From: Alphaproteobacteria bacterium
GTDB lineage: Bacteria > Pseudomonadota > Alphaproteobacteria > GCA-2731375
Length of the DNA: 64,000 nt
Direction of reading: 5' to 3'
Assembly (NCBI GenBank): GCA_965232515.1
Contig: CBDDPY010000002.1
Span: 416,001-480,000 of the forward strand
Shown here: positions 30,074-40,793 of the stretch, one piece after another
Layout: the number at the start of each line of letters is the position of its first letter
Position numbering within the stretch: the stretch's first letter is position 1
Program-made: the position numbers and the translations under genes
Notes under the pieces: model-generated
Database searches by the model: none
Told to the model about the DNA's origin: nothing
What the model saw: the letters and a program-made list of their open reading frames with translations, nothing else

Positions 30074-30604
30074 ATGGATACGCTATCGACAGACCACCGC
30101 CGACACACCTTTGTTTGGGACGATCCGGCCGCGACGGCGGCGGCCGGCCGCAAGCTGCGGCCGCTCGACTATCTCGAGGCCATCCGGGCTGGCGAATTGT
30201 CGCGGCCGCCGATCGGCGGCCTGATGGGGTTCGATCTCGTCGAGGTTGCGCCCGGCAAGGCTGTCTTTGTCTGCGCGCCGCAGGAGTTCCACTGCAATCC
30301 CATGGGATTTGTGCATGGCGGGCTCGCAGCAACGCTGATTGACTCCGCCACCGGCATCGCCGTCTACTCAACGCTTGGTGCCGGCGAATGGTTCAGTACC
30401 ATCGATTTGACGACGAATTTCATTAAGGCCATGCAAGCCGGCATGGGGGAAATTCGCTGCGAGGGCAATGTCGTGCATGCCGGACGGTCCATCGCCACGG
30501 CCGAAGCTCGGATCACGAGCGCCGACGGCGATCTCGTCGCCTATGGACATGCCGCCTGCCGTCTCTTCCGCCAGCCAGCGAAAGGAACTGTCGAAAGGGA
30601 CTGA
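30074..30604 (+). CDS. PaaI-family thioesterase
   Basis: NPMGFVHGGLAATLIDSATG hot-dog fold motif. Confidence 0.9.
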   Translation: MDTLSTDHRRHTFVWDDPAATAAAGRKLRPLDYLEAIRAGELSRPPIGGLMGFDLVEVAPGKAVFVCAPQEFHCNPMGFVHGGLAATLIDSATGIAVYSTLGAGEWFSTIDLTTNFIKAMQAGMGEIRCEGNVVHAGRSIATAEARITSADGDLVAYGHAACRLFRQPAKGTVERD

Positions 30605-30607
30605 AAG

Positions 30608-31210
30608 ATGACCGTGCCAACGCCACGGACTCTGCTTCAGATGGCCGGCGTCAACGCCGCGGCGCCGGCCGTCGGGGATTGCATCCTGCTGCTGATCGAC
30701 ATGCAGCGGGAATATGTCGATGGCGGCCTGCCGCTGACCGGCGTCGACGCGGCGCTGGCCGAGGCGGAACGCCTGCTGACCTGGGCGCGCGGGGAAAGCG
30801 TGCCGGTCGTGCATATCCGCCATCGCGGCCAGCCGGGCGGCCTGTTCGATCCGGCCGGGCCGTACTTCGCGCTGCATGAGATCGTCGCCCCGCGTGAGGG
30901 CGAGTTGGTGATCGACAAAGCCAAGCCGAACGCCTTCGCCGACACCGATCTCGCCGAACGGCTGCGCGAGACCGGCCGCGCGACCCTGGTCGTGGCCGGC
31001 TTCATGACGCATATGTGCGTCAGCTCGACCGTGCGCTCGGCCCTCGACCACGGCCTGCAATGCGTCGTCGTCTCCGGCGCCTGCGCCACGCGAGATTTGC
31101 CTGATGTGAACGGCGGCACGCTCGCGGCGTCGGCCCTGCAGGCGGCCGAGCTGGCCGGGCTCGCCGATCGGTTCGCGACCATTCTGCCCGACGCCAAGGC
31201 CGTCGCCTGA
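30608..31210 (+). CDS. Isochorismatase-family cysteine hydrolase
   Basis: LLIDMQ, IDKAKPNAF and GFMTHMCVSST give the D-K-C triad. Confidence 0.9.
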   Translation: MTVPTPRTLLQMAGVNAAAPAVGDCILLLIDMQREYVDGGLPLTGVDAALAEAERLLTWARGESVPVVHIRHRGQPGGLFDPAGPYFALHEIVAPREGELVIDKAKPNAFADTDLAERLRETGRATLVVAGFMTHMCVSSTVRSALDHGLQCVVVSGACATRDLPDVNGGTLAASALQAAELAGLADRFATILPDAKAVA

Positions 31211-31255
31211 ATTCACTTGCCAACCGTCGCGCCTGCCGGTCAGGCTAGCGGCGCT

Positions 31256-32464
31256 ATGACAACTCAAGGTTGGCGCACCGCGACGGTCGTCCTGATCTGC
31301 GGCGGCATCGTTTTGTCGCTGTCGATCGGCATCCGGCAGTCCTTCGGCCTGTTTCTGGCGCCGATGAGCACGGACCTCGGCTGGGGCCGCGAGGTCTTTG
31401 CCTTCGCCATCGCCGTGCAGAACATCCTCTGGGGCGCGACCCAGCCGTTCTTCGGCATGGCGGCCGACCGCTGGGGCGGCGGGCGTATTCTCGCCGTCAG
31501 CGGCGCGCTCTACGCCCTCGGCCTCTATCTGATGTCGACCACCTCAGGTGTCGCCGAGTTCAATATCAGCGCCGGTATCCTGATCGGTCTGGCGTTGAGC
31601 GGCACCAGCTTCGCCGTGGTGCTGGGCGCCGTCGGCCGCGCCTTCAGCCCGGAAAAACGCAGCGCCGCTCTCGGCATCGCCAGCGCCGGCGGCTCGTTCG
31701 GGCAGTTCATCATGGTGCCGCTGGGCCAGGCCGTCATCGACGCCTACGGCTGGAGCCTGACCTTCGTGCTGCTGGCTTGCCTCGCCGCATTGATGGTCGC
31801 GCTGGCGGCCCCGCTTGCCGGCAAGCCGCAGGTCGCCGTCGACGCCGGCGGGTCCCAGAGCATGGGCGAGGCACTGGCCGAGGCGCGGCGGCATCCGGGC
31901 TTTCTCTATCTCAACGCCGGCTTCTTCGTTTGCGGCTTCCACATCACCTTCATCGGCACCCACCTGCCGGCCTATCTGACCGATCTCGGCCTGTCGGCGA
32001 CGGCGGCCTCGGTGTCGCTCGCGCTCGTGGGCCTGTTCAACATCATCGGCTCGCTTGCCTGCGGCGCGGCCGGCGGGCGCTACAGCAAGAAGTATCTGCT
32101 GAGCGGCGTCTATCTCGCCCGCTCGGTCATCATTCTCGTGTTCCTGCTGGCGCCGGCGTCAAACGTCTCGGCCTATCTGTTCGGCGCGGGCATGGGCCTG
32201 CTCTGGCTCGGCACCGTGCCGCTGACCAGCGCGCTCGTGGCCCAGATCTTCGGGCCGCGCTACATGTCGACGCTATTCGGCATCGTCTTCTTCAGTCACC
32301 AGGTCGGCGCCTTCCTCGGCGTCTGGCTCGGCGGTCGGATCTACGACACCTCCGGCTCCTACGACACGGTCTGGTGGATCGCCATCGTCCTTGGGCTGCT
32401 TGCGGCCGCGCTGCACCTGCCGATTAACGAGCGGCCGGTGCCGCGGCTGCGTCCCGCCCTTTGA
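31256..32464 (+). CDS. MFS transporter
   Basis: About 12 hydrophobic helices; GMAADRWG loop; GFFVCGFH and SHQVGAFLG motifs. Confidence 0.9.
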   Translation: MTTQGWRTATVVLICGGIVLSLSIGIRQSFGLFLAPMSTDLGWGREVFAFAIAVQNILWGATQPFFGMAADRWGGGRILAVSGALYALGLYLMSTTSGVAEFNISAGILIGLALSGTSFAVVLGAVGRAFSPEKRSAALGIASAGGSFGQFIMVPLGQAVIDAYGWSLTFVLLACLAALMVALAAPLAGKPQVAVDAGGSQSMGEALAEARRHPGFLYLNAGFFVCGFHITFIGTHLPAYLTDLGLSATAASVSLALVGLFNIIGSLACGAAGGRYSKKYLLSGVYLARSVIILVFLLAPASNVSAYLFGAGMGLLWLGTVPLTSALVAQIFGPRYMSTLFGIVFFSHQVGAFLGVWLGGRIYDTSGSYDTVWWIAIVLGLLAAALHLPINERPVPRLRPAL

Positions 32465-32532
32465 ACGCCGGCAATCGGCACGATATCCTTGTTGAAGGCG
32501 CGGCCGCCGCGCATGCAAAGGGATTCCAAACC

Positions 32533-33990
32533 ATGCAACTGAACGATTCCAGCCTGTTTCGTCAGCAGTGCTATATCGACGGCGCCTGGGTCGACGCCGA
32601 TAGCGGCGAGACCATCGACGTCGCCAACCCGGCGACGGGCGACGCCCTTGGCACGATTCCGAAGGCCGGCGCCGCGGAGACCCGCCGCGCCATCGAGGCG
32701 GCCCAGGCGGCCTATCCGGCCTGGCGCGCCAAGACCGCGAAGGAGCGTTCGGCCATCGTCCGGCGCTGGTACGAGCTGGTGCTGGAGAATGCCGACGATA
32801 TCGCCGTGCTGATGACCTCGGAGCAGGGCAAGCCGCTGGCCGAGGCCAAGGGCGAGGTGGTCTATGCCGCCAGCTTCATCGAATGGTTCGCCGAAGAGGG
32901 CAAGCGGGTCTACGGCGACACCATCCCCAGCCACGGCGCCGACAAGCGCATCGTCGTCGTCAAGGAACCGGTCGGCGTCACCTGCGCCATCACGCCGTGG
33001 AACTTCCCGGCGGCGATGATCACCCGCAAGGCCGCGCCGGCGCTGGCGGCCGGCTGCCCCATGGTGGTGAAGCCGGCGACGGCGACGCCTTACACCGCGC
33101 TGGCGCTGGCCGAGCTTGCCGAACGCGCGGGCGTGCCCAAGGGCATCTTCAGCATCGTCACCGGCGCGTCCGGCGCCATCGGCGGCGAGATGACGTCGAA
33201 CCCCATCGTCCGCAAGATCACCTTCACCGGCTCCACCGAAATCGGCAAGAAGCTGATCGCGCAATGTGCCGGCACGGTGAAGAAGATGTCGATGGAGCTC
33301 GGCGGCAACGCGCCGTTCATCGTCTTCGACGACGCTGACCTCGACGCCGCCGTCGAGGGCGCGATCGCGTCCAAGTTCCGCAATACCGGCCAGACCTGCG
33401 TCTGCGCCAACCGCCTGATGGTGCAGGACGGCGTCTACGAGGCCTTCACACAGAAGCTGGGCGAGGCCGTCGCCGCCATGAAGGTTGGCAACGGCTTGCA
33501 CGACGGCGTCGTGCAGGGGCCGCTGATCGACATGGCGGCCGTCGAGAAGGTCGAGGAGCACATCTCGGACGCCGTCGCCAAGGGCGCCCGCGTCGTTGTC
33601 GGCGGCGGCCGTCACGCGCTCGGCCACAGCTTCTTCGAGCCGACGGTGCTGGCCGACGTGCCACGGGATGCGGCGGTTGCTCGCGAGGAGACCTTCGGGC
33701 CCATGGCGCCGATCTTCCGGTTCAAGACCGAAGAAGAAGCCATCGAGATGGCGAACGACACCGAGTTCGGCCTTGCATCTTATTTCTACAGCCGCGATAT
33801 CGGCCGCATATGGCGGGTCGCCGAGCAGGTCGAATACGGCATGGTCGGCATCAATACCGGCCTGGTTTCGACCGAGGTCGCGCCGTTCGGCGGCATGAAG
33901 GAATCCGGCTTCGGCCGCGAGGGCTCGAAGTACGGCATCGAGGACTATATCGAGGTCAAATATCTCTGCATCGGCGGGATCGACAAATAG
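32533..33990 (+). CDS. gabD: Succinate-semialdehyde dehydrogenase (NAD(P)+)
   Basis: ITPWNFP, FTGSTEIG, ELGGNAP, GQTCVC, EETFGP and PFGGMKESG motifs. Confidence 0.93.
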   Translation: MQLNDSSLFRQQCYIDGAWVDADSGETIDVANPATGDALGTIPKAGAAETRRAIEAAQAAYPAWRAKTAKERSAIVRRWYELVLENADDIAVLMTSEQGKPLAEAKGEVVYAASFIEWFAEEGKRVYGDTIPSHGADKRIVVVKEPVGVTCAITPWNFPAAMITRKAAPALAAGCPMVVKPATATPYTALALAELAERAGVPKGIFSIVTGASGAIGGEMTSNPIVRKITFTGSTEIGKKLIAQCAGTVKKMSMELGGNAPFIVFDDADLDAAVEGAIASKFRNTGQTCVCANRLMVQDGVYEAFTQKLGEAVAAMKVGNGLHDGVVQGPLIDMAAVEKVEEHISDAVAKGARVVVGGGRHALGHSFFEPTVLADVPRDAAVAREETFGPMAPIFRFKTEEEAIEMANDTEFGLASYFYSRDIGRIWRVAEQVEYGMVGINTGLVSTEVAPFGGMKESGFGREGSKYGIEDYIEVKYLCIGGIDK

Positions 33991-34104
33991 ACGACGGCAG
34001 GGCAAAGGGATGACCGGGCGGCGGGCGTAACCGCCCGCGCGCTCGCGGCATCTCACCAGTTCAACGATAGCGACCAGCGGACGCGGGTCAGGGGACATTG
34101 GGAC

Positions 34105-35481
34105 ATGAGCGACGACAATTTCGATCTTTTCGTCATCGGCGGCGGATCCGGCGGCGTGCGCGCCGCCCGTATCTCGGCGACGTACGGGGCGCGGGTTGGC
34201 ATTTGCGAGGAGTACCGCTACGGCGGTACCTGCGTGATCCGCGGCTGCGTGCCGAAGAAGCTGCTGGTCTACGGATCGCACTTCCACGAGGACTTCGAGG
34301 ACGCGGCGGCCTATGGCTGGGACGTGCCGGCCCCGACCTTCAACTGGTCGCGGCTGATCAAGAACAAAGATGTCGAGATCGATCGCCTGAACGCCGTCTA
34401 CCATTCGCTGCTCGAGGGGGTGGGTTGCACGCTGTTTCATCACCGCGGCGTGCTGAAGGATGCGCACACCATCGAGGTGGGGGACCGCCAGATCACGGCT
34501 GAGACCATCCTGATCGCGACCGGCGGGTATCCGGTGAAGCCGGAGATCCCCGGCATCGAGCATGCCATCACCTCGAACGAGGCCTTTCACCTTGAAAGCC
34601 TGCCGTTGCACATCACCGTTGTCGGCGGCGGCTACATCGCCGTCGAGTTCGCCGGAATCTTCAATGGCATGGGCGTCGACGTGACCCAGCTCTATCGCGG
34701 CGAGCAGATCCTGCGTGGCTTCGATCTGGATGTGCGCAACCACTTGGCGCAGGAGATCGTCAAGAAGGGCATTGACCTGCGCGTCGGCAGCAATCCGGCC
34801 CGGATCGATGTCGCGGGCGACGGTTACCTCGTCACGCTCGAGGACGGCGGCACCTTCGAAACCGGCCTGGTCATGTACAGCACCGGCCGCAAGCCCAATA
34901 CATCGGACCTCGGCCTCGAGGCGCTCGGTGTCGAACTCGCCGGGAACGGCGCCGTCAAGGTCGACGAATGGTCGAAGACCTCGGTCGAGCACATCTATGC
35001 CGTCGGCGACGTCACCGACCGCATCAACCTGACACCGGTGGCGTTGATGGAGGGGCACGCCTTCGCCGACACGGTCTATGGCGGCAAGCCGCGCACGCCG
35101 GACCACGAAGACGTCGCGTCGGCCGTGTTCAGCCAGCCGAGCGTCTCCACTGTGGGTTTGCCCGAGCACGAGGCGCGCGAACGCTACGGCGCGGTCGACA
35201 TCTACCGCTCGACCTTCACGCCCATGAAGCACACGCTCTCGGGGCGCGACGAGAAGACTCTGATGAAGCTGATCGTCGACCAGGCGAGCGACCGCGTCGT
35301 CGGCGTGCACATGGTTGGTCCCGACGCGGCCGAGCTGATCCAGGGCATCGCCATCGCCATCAAGTGCGGCGCCACCAAGGCCCAGTTCGACGCCACGGTC
35401 GGCATCCACCCGACGGCGGGCGAGGAGTTCGTCACGATGCGGAGCAAGGTCGAGCCGCCGCGCGCCGAGGCCGCCGAATAG
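34105..35481 (+). CDS. gor: Glutathione reductase
   Basis: GGGSGG, GGTCVIRGCVPKK redox disulfide, GGGYIAVE, HPTAGEE. Confidence 0.95.
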   Translation: MSDDNFDLFVIGGGSGGVRAARISATYGARVGICEEYRYGGTCVIRGCVPKKLLVYGSHFHEDFEDAAAYGWDVPAPTFNWSRLIKNKDVEIDRLNAVYHSLLEGVGCTLFHHRGVLKDAHTIEVGDRQITAETILIATGGYPVKPEIPGIEHAITSNEAFHLESLPLHITVVGGGYIAVEFAGIFNGMGVDVTQLYRGEQILRGFDLDVRNHLAQEIVKKGIDLRVGSNPARIDVAGDGYLVTLEDGGTFETGLVMYSTGRKPNTSDLGLEALGVELAGNGAVKVDEWSKTSVEHIYAVGDVTDRINLTPVALMEGHAFADTVYGGKPRTPDHEDVASAVFSQPSVSTVGLPEHEARERYGAVDIYRSTFTPMKHTLSGRDEKTLMKLIVDQASDRVVGVHMVGPDAAELIQGIAIAIKCGATKAQFDATVGIHPTAGEEFVTMRSKVEPPRAEAAE

Positions 35482-35625
35482 CGATAAGCATTCGATAACC
35501 ATACCGACGGCTTGTCCGGACGTGCGCCGCCCGGGGCGGGCACGCTTGGCATCGGCCCGCGTTAATGCGTATATAACGCTGTCGTAACTAATATGGTCGC
35601 CCGAATTGGGGCGAGGGCAAATCCA

Positions 35626-37020
35626 ATGGCAAGCACTTGGCAACCCGGCGGCTGGCGTGGCCTGCCGGCGCAACAGCAACCTGAATACCCGGACGCGGCG
35701 GCGTTGGACGCCGTCATCGACAAGCTGCGGACGTTTCCGCCGCTGGTATTTGCAGGTGAGGCAATGGCCATGCGCCGCAAGCTGGCCGACGTCTGCGAGG
35801 GTCGTGCGTTCCTGCTCCAGGGTGGCGATTGCGCCGAGAGCTTTGCCGAGTTCCATCCGGACAATATCCGCGACACGTTCCGCGTGCTGATGCAGATGGC
35901 GGTCGTGCTGACCTATGGCGCCTCGGTGCCGGTCATCAAGGTTGGCCGCATGGCCGGCCAGTTCGCCAAGCCGCGTTCGGCGCCGACCGAGGTGATGGAC
36001 GATGTCGAGCTGCCGAGCTATCGCGGCGACATCATCAACGGCATCGATTTCAATGAGGCCGCGCGCGTGCCCGATCCGGCTCGCCTGCTGCAGGCCTACA
36101 GCCAGGCCGCGGCGACGCTGAACCTGCTGCGCGCCTTCGCGCAGGGCGGCTATGCCGACCTGCACGCGGTGCAGCGCTGGAACCTCGGATTCGTTGAAGG
36201 TACCGAGGCGGCGGCGCGCTATCGCGAAACCGCCGAGCGGATCGCCGATGCCCTGAAGTTCATGGAAGCCTGCGGCATCACCGGCGAGGCCGTCCAGGAA
36301 GTCCGCCACACAGACTTCTACACCAGCCACGAGGCCCTGCATCTGCCGTTCGAGGAGGCGCTCACGCGTCAGGACACCATCACCCAGAACGGCGGCTGGT
36401 TCGCGACCTCGGCGCACATGATCTGGATCGGCGACCGTACGCGGCAGCTCGATGGCGCGCATGTCGAGTTCGCCCGTGGCGTCAGCAATCCGATCGGCAT
36501 GAAGGCCGGTCCGTCGCTGGAGCCGGACGAGTTGATCCGGCTGATCGACCGGCTGAACCCGGAGAACGAGCCGGGCCGGCTGACGCTGATCTGCCGCATG
36601 GGCGCCGACAAGGTGCTGGAGCACCTGCCGCCGCTGGTGCGAAAAGTGGCCGCCGAGGGCCGCAAGGTCGTCTGGTCCTGCGACCCCATGCACGGCAACA
36701 CGTTGAAGAGCGGCAACGGCTACAAGACCCGGCCGTTCGACCGCATTCTGGCCGAGGTGCGCGGGTTCTTCGCCGTGCATCAGGGCGAGGGTACCTATGC
36801 CGGCGGCATCCATGTGGAGATGACCGGAAAGGACGTGACCGAGTGCATCGGTGGCGCGCAGCTGATCGACGAGAGCCGGCTGGGCACGCGCTATCACACG
36901 CACTGCGATCCGCGTCTCAACGCCAGCCAGAGCCTTGAGCTGTCCTTCCTGATCGCCGAGATGCTGAAGCAGCGCCGTGTCGCGGAACCGCCGCTCAAGG
37001 TGGCCGGCGCCGCGGAATAG
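35626..37020 (+). CDS. Class II DAHP synthase
   Basis: [36 protein letters not shown] and CDPRLN motifs. Confidence 0.95.
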   Translation: MASTWQPGGWRGLPAQQQPEYPDAAALDAVIDKLRTFPPLVFAGEAMAMRRKLADVCEGRAFLLQGGDCAESFAEFHPDNIRDTFRVLMQMAVVLTYGASVPVIKVGRMAGQFAKPRSAPTEVMDDVELPSYRGDIINGIDFNEAARVPDPARLLQAYSQAAATLNLLRAFAQGGYADLHAVQRWNLGFVEGTEAAARYRETAERIADALKFMEACGITGEAVQEVRHTDFYTSHEALHLPFEEALTRQDTITQNGGWFATSAHMIWIGDRTRQLDGAHVEFARGVSNPIGMKAGPSLEPDELIRLIDRLNPENEPGRLTLICRMGADKVLEHLPPLVRKVAAEGRKVVWSCDPMHGNTLKSGNGYKTRPFDRILAEVRGFFAVHQGEGTYAGGIHVEMTGKDVTECIGGAQLIDESRLGTRYHTHCDPRLNASQSLELSFLIAEMLKQRRVAEPPLKVAGAAE

Positions 37021-37057
37021 TCCGTCGATCCCAGACAACTTCGCGGGAGAGTCCGTC

Positions 37058-38185
37058 ATGGATCTCGAGACGGATATCGCCCGTCAGGTCGATCACTATT
37101 TCAAGCGCACCAAGGAGACCGTGCATCGCTTCGGCGATGTCACGGTCACCTATGCCGTGTTCATGCGCCGCCCGGTGATCTTCACGCCGCGGCTGATGCA
37201 GGACTGGCTGAAGAGTGTGGCCGCGACGCGCGGCATCGAATTCGACATCAAGCTCTGCTTCGAGGAAGGCGACTGGGTCGGCGCCGGCGACCCCTTGCTC
37301 TACATCACCGGCTCGTTCGAACATCTGGTCGATCTGGAGACCCAGTATCTGCAGAAGCTGGGCCCGCCCTGCGTTGCCGCCTACAACGCCTTCGCCATGT
37401 GCAGCGCCTTGCCGGACTCCGCCTTCCTGGCCATGGATGCGCGGCACTGCGCCGGCGCCGAGATGGCCGAGATGATGGCGTACGCCGCCAGCGTCGGCGG
37501 TGCGGCGGCGAAGCGCGAGAACAACGCCAAGGGCTTCATCGGCAACGCGTCCGATTTCACCGCGCACTACTTCGGCAATCAGAGCGGCATGGGCACCATG
37601 CCGCATGCGCTGATCGGCTATGCCGGCTCAACGCTCCGGGCCGCCGAGATGTACGCCGAGACCTTTCCCGACGAGCCGATGACCGTGTTGGTCGACTATT
37701 ACGGACAGGAGATCACCGACGCTCTCGAGGTCTGCCGGCGCTTTCCGGAGATCGCCCATTCGGGGCGGCTGTCGATCCGGCTCGACACCCATGGCGGGCG
37801 GTTCGTCGAGGGACTCGACCCGGCCAATTCCTATGCCGTGCTCGAGCGGCATATGCCGAAGGCGATCCGGCAATACCGCACCGAGGACGAGCTGCGCTGG
37901 CTGGTCGGCACCGGCGTCTCGGCGGCCGGCATCTACTGGATGCGGGAGTCGCTGAACGAGGCCGGGTTCAAGTCCGTCAAGATCGTCGCCAGCTCCGGCT
38001 TCAACGCCGCGAAGTGCCGGGTGATGGGCAGCGTGAAGGCGCCGATCGACGTGGTCGGCACCGGCTCTTACCTGCCCGAGAACTGGCGCGAGACATACGC
38101 CACCGCCGACGTCGTCGCCTATGACGGCAAGCCCAGCGTCAAGATCGGCCGCGAGTTCCTGCTGCAGAAGTTGAACGGCGGCTGA
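37058..38185 (+). CDS. Nicotinate phosphoribosyltransferase-like protein
   Basis: DHYF, MDARH, GTMPHALIG (phospho-His motif), IRLDT, IVASSG, VGTGS. Confidence 0.75.
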   Translation: MDLETDIARQVDHYFKRTKETVHRFGDVTVTYAVFMRRPVIFTPRLMQDWLKSVAATRGIEFDIKLCFEEGDWVGAGDPLLYITGSFEHLVDLETQYLQKLGPPCVAAYNAFAMCSALPDSAFLAMDARHCAGAEMAEMMAYAASVGGAAAKRENNAKGFIGNASDFTAHYFGNQSGMGTMPHALIGYAGSTLRAAEMYAETFPDEPMTVLVDYYGQEITDALEVCRRFPEIAHSGRLSIRLDTHGGRFVEGLDPANSYAVLERHMPKAIRQYRTEDELRWLVGTGVSAAGIYWMRESLNEAGFKSVKIVASSGFNAAKCRVMGSVKAPIDVVGTGSYLPENWRETYATADVVAYDGKPSVKIGREFLLQKLNGG

Positions 38186-38199
38186 CGGCTGCTGGCGGC

Positions 38200-38400
38200 A
38201 TGGCGGATCGAAGCGAGCTCGCCAGGCTGCAACAGGAGCGCCGCCGTCTTTCCGAAATGATCCGTCAGTTCGACGACGCGCCGGTCGGCGCGGACAGCCG
38301 CGTGCGCGAGGTCATGGAGGAGCACAAGCGCAAGCTCGACCAGCGCTTCGCCGAAGCCTTGCGTCGGGCGAACATCCCCGTCGCCGAAGCTTCGGACTAG
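38200..38400 (+). CDS. Small hypothetical coiled-coil protein
   Basis: 66-aa ORF filling the gap after the PRTase, with host-like codon usage. Confidence 0.55.
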   Translation: MADRSELARLQQERRRLSEMIRQFDDAPVGADSRVREVMEEHKRKLDQRFAEALRRANIPVAEASD

Positions 38401-38404
38401 ATAG

Positions 38405-39421
38405 TTAGAGCTCGTCGACCTTCACCAGCTGCTTGCCGAAGTTCTCGCTGTTCAACAGACGCAGGAACGCGGCCGGCGTCTGTTCCAGGCCGTCGGCCAC
38501 GTCCTCGCGGTGCTTCAGCTTGCCGTCGCGGTACCAGGCCGCCAGCTCCTGGCGCGCCGTGTCGTAGTGTTCCTGATAGTCGAACAGCAGGAAGCCCTCG
38601 ACCCGGGCGCGGGCGACCATGATCTGACGCAGAAACCGCGGTCCGATGTCGGGCTGTCCGAACTTGTCGGCGAGCGCGATGGTGCCGCAGACGATGACGC
38701 GCGCCTTCACCGCCAGGTTCTGCATGGCGGCGTCGTGGATCGGTCCGGCCGTGTTGTCGAAGAACACATCGACGCCGCCCGGGCAGGCGTCCGCGATGGC
38801 CGCGACCAGGTCGTCCGACGTCCGGTAGTTGATGCCGGCGTCGTAGCCGAGGTCGCGGCACCAGGCAAGCTTCTCGTCCGAGCTGGCGATGGCGACGGGC
38901 CGGCAGCCTTTCAGCTTGGCGATCTGGCCCGCGACCTGGCCGACGGCGCCCGACGCGGCCGAGATCAGCACCGCCTCGCCGGACTGGATCCGGGCCTGAT
39001 GCAGCAGCGCGAAATAGGCCGTCAGACCCGGCAGGCCGAGATAGCTGAGCGCGCTCTGGATCGGCGCCAGGTCCGGATCGACTTTCCGCGTGCCGTCGGC
39101 CTGCAGCACCGGAAAGTCCTGCCAGCCGAACTGGAAGCTCTCGACGATATCGCCGGCCTTGAAGTCGGGATGGTTCGAGCGGATCACCTCGCCGACGCCG
39201 CCGCCTGTCATGACGTCCCCGATGCCAACGCCCTGGGCGTAATTCTTGGTCGGGCTGATCCGACCGCGCATATAGGGATCGACCGAGAGATAAAGGCTGC
39301 GCACCAGGATCTCGCCGTCGGCCGGTTCCGGCACCGGGCTCTCGGCCAGTTCCCAGTCATCCAATGTCGGCATGCCCTCGGGAAAGGATTTCAACCGCCA
39401 TTGCCGATTGCTATTCCGCAT
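38405..39421 (-). CDS. NADP-dependent oxidoreductase (PTGR/CurA family)
   Basis: YLSVDPYMRGR, LGLPGLTAYF, SAASGAVG and NFGKQLV motifs. Confidence 0.92.
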   Translation of the reverse strand: MRNSNRQWRLKSFPEGMPTLDDWELAESPVPEPADGEILVRSLYLSVDPYMRGRISPTKNYAQGVGIGDVMTGGGVGEVIRSNHPDFKAGDIVESFQFGWQDFPVLQADGTRKVDPDLAPIQSALSYLGLPGLTAYFALLHQARIQSGEAVLISAASGAVGQVAGQIAKLKGCRPVAIASSDEKLAWCRDLGYDAGINYRTSDDLVAAIADACPGGVDVFFDNTAGPIHDAAMQNLAVKARVIVCGTIALADKFGQPDIGPRFLRQIMVARARVEGFLLFDYQEHYDTARQELAAWYRDGKLKHREDVADGLEQTPAAFLRLLNSENFGKQLVKVDEL

Positions 39422-39659
39422 CGTCCGTCCCTCCCGTTGGATATCGGCCGGTGTCCAGGATGATGGACGTCAGCTCGCGATAGCTGATGCCCAATGCCTT
39501 GGCCCGCCGTATCCGCAAGCGGACGATCTCGATGGGCGGGTTCTTCCAGGCTTCCTTGTGGGCCTTCGTCCAGCAATGCAATTGCCACTGCGGGACAAGC
39601 GGCGGTCCCATATTGTGACCGACGCCGGCCGATCCTGATGCTTCACCGTCTCTGTACAT
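39411..39659 (-). CDS. Small hypothetical protein
   Basis: GHNMGPP...W..AH..AW..PPIEIVRLRIRRAKALG; overlaps the start of the downstream gene. Confidence 0.6.
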   Translation of the reverse strand: MYRDGEASGSAGVGHNMGPPLVPQWQLHCWTKAHKEAWKNPPIEIVRLRIRRAKALGISYRELTSIILDTGRYPTGGTDDAE

Positions 39660-39733
39660 GACGCCGACAGTCGTTGACGCTCAAAGCCGGCGATGTTAGC
39701 GAACGAAAACAACGCAGAACAGGGGGAATGGGC

Positions 39734-40672
39734 ATGGCCCCGCGACCCATTATCATCGACACCGATCCCGGACAGGACGACGCCATCGCAATCCTGCTGG
39801 CCCTGGCCTCGCCGGAGCTCGACATCCTCGGCATTACCGCGGTCGCCGGCAACGTACCGCTGGCCCTGACCGAGCAGAACGCGCGCAAGGTCTGCGAGCT
39901 GGCCGGGCGGAGCGAAATGAACGTTTATGCCGGTTGCGCGCGACCGATGTTGCGCCCGCTGGTGACGGCCGAATACGTGCACGGCCGCACCGGCCTCGAC
40001 GGCCCGGACCTGCCGGCGCCGAGCATGCCCTTGCAGGCACGGCACGCCGTCGACTGGCTGGTCGAGACCCTGATGGCCGCGCCCGACGGCGAGATCACGC
40101 TCTGCCCGATCGGGCCGCTCACCAACATCGCCACGGCGATCGTGCGCGAGCCGCGCATCCTGCCGAAGATCCGCGAGATCGTGCTGATGGGCGGCGGCTT
40201 CTTCGAGGGCGGCAACACCACGCCGACGGCGGAATTCAATATCTATGTCGATCCGCACGCCGCGCACGTGGTGTTCGACAGCGGCGTCAAGCTGACCATG
40301 ATGCCGCTCGACGTCACCCACAAGGCGTTGATGCGGCACGACTGGATCGAGCATGTCGACCGCCTCGGCACCCCGGTCGGCAAGGCGGCGGCCGCCATGA
40401 TGTCGTTTTACGAGCGCTTCGACATGGAGAAGTACGGCGAGGCCGGCGGCCCTCTGCACGACCCCTGCGTCATCGCCTACCTGCTGCAGCCGGAGCTGTT
40501 TGAGGGCAAGGACTGCAACGTCACGGTCGAGACCGGCTCCGAGCTGACCATGGGCATGACCGTGGTCGACTGGTGGGACGTCACCGACCGGCCGTCCAAC
40601 TGCCAAGTCATGAACCGCATCGACGCCGACGGCTTCTTCGGCCTGATCCTGGAACGATTGGGGCGCTTGTAG
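39734..40672 (+). CDS. Nucleoside hydrolase (IU-NH/RihA-like)
   Basis: DTDPGQDDAIA, VHGRTGL, GPLTN, AEFNIYVDP and LHDP motifs. Confidence 0.93.
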   Translation: MAPRPIIIDTDPGQDDAIAILLALASPELDILGITAVAGNVPLALTEQNARKVCELAGRSEMNVYAGCARPMLRPLVTAEYVHGRTGLDGPDLPAPSMPLQARHAVDWLVETLMAAPDGEITLCPIGPLTNIATAIVREPRILPKIREIVLMGGGFFEGGNTTPTAEFNIYVDPHAAHVVFDSGVKLTMMPLDVTHKALMRHDWIEHVDRLGTPVGKAAAAMMSFYERFDMEKYGEAGGPLHDPCVIAYLLQPELFEGKDCNVTVETGSELTMGMTVVDWWDVTDRPSNCQVMNRIDADGFFGLILERLGRL

Positions 40673-40700
40673 CAGCAGGCCATCGATTTTCTCACTGGCC

Positions 40701-40772
40701 CTGGATGCCCGTGTCAAGCACGGGCATGACGCTCAACCAATCGTCATTGCCGGGCTTGACCCGGCAATCCAG
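40701..40772. repeat. REP doublet, family B (CGTC-ended)
   Basis: CTGGATGCCCGTGTCAAGCACGGGCATGACG and CGTCATTGCCGGGCTTGACCCGGCAATCCAG; second copy at 63316-63404. Confidence 0.85.
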
Positions 40773-40793
40773 AACTCCAGTTCTGCCGGTGCC

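Noticed and set aside
30608-31210. Isochorismatase-family gene as nicotinamidase pncA
   Set aside because: It has the D-K-C triad but lacks a clear PncA metal-binding motif, and sits with the LysR/thioesterase genes; left as a generic hydrolase.
32359-37059. 1566-aa minus-strand ORF and other long antisense ORFs (e.g. 45061-47637, 1066-2304, 57626-59338)
   Set aside because: They are shadow frames opposite well-conserved genes, expected from high-GC codon bias, and show no recognisable motifs.
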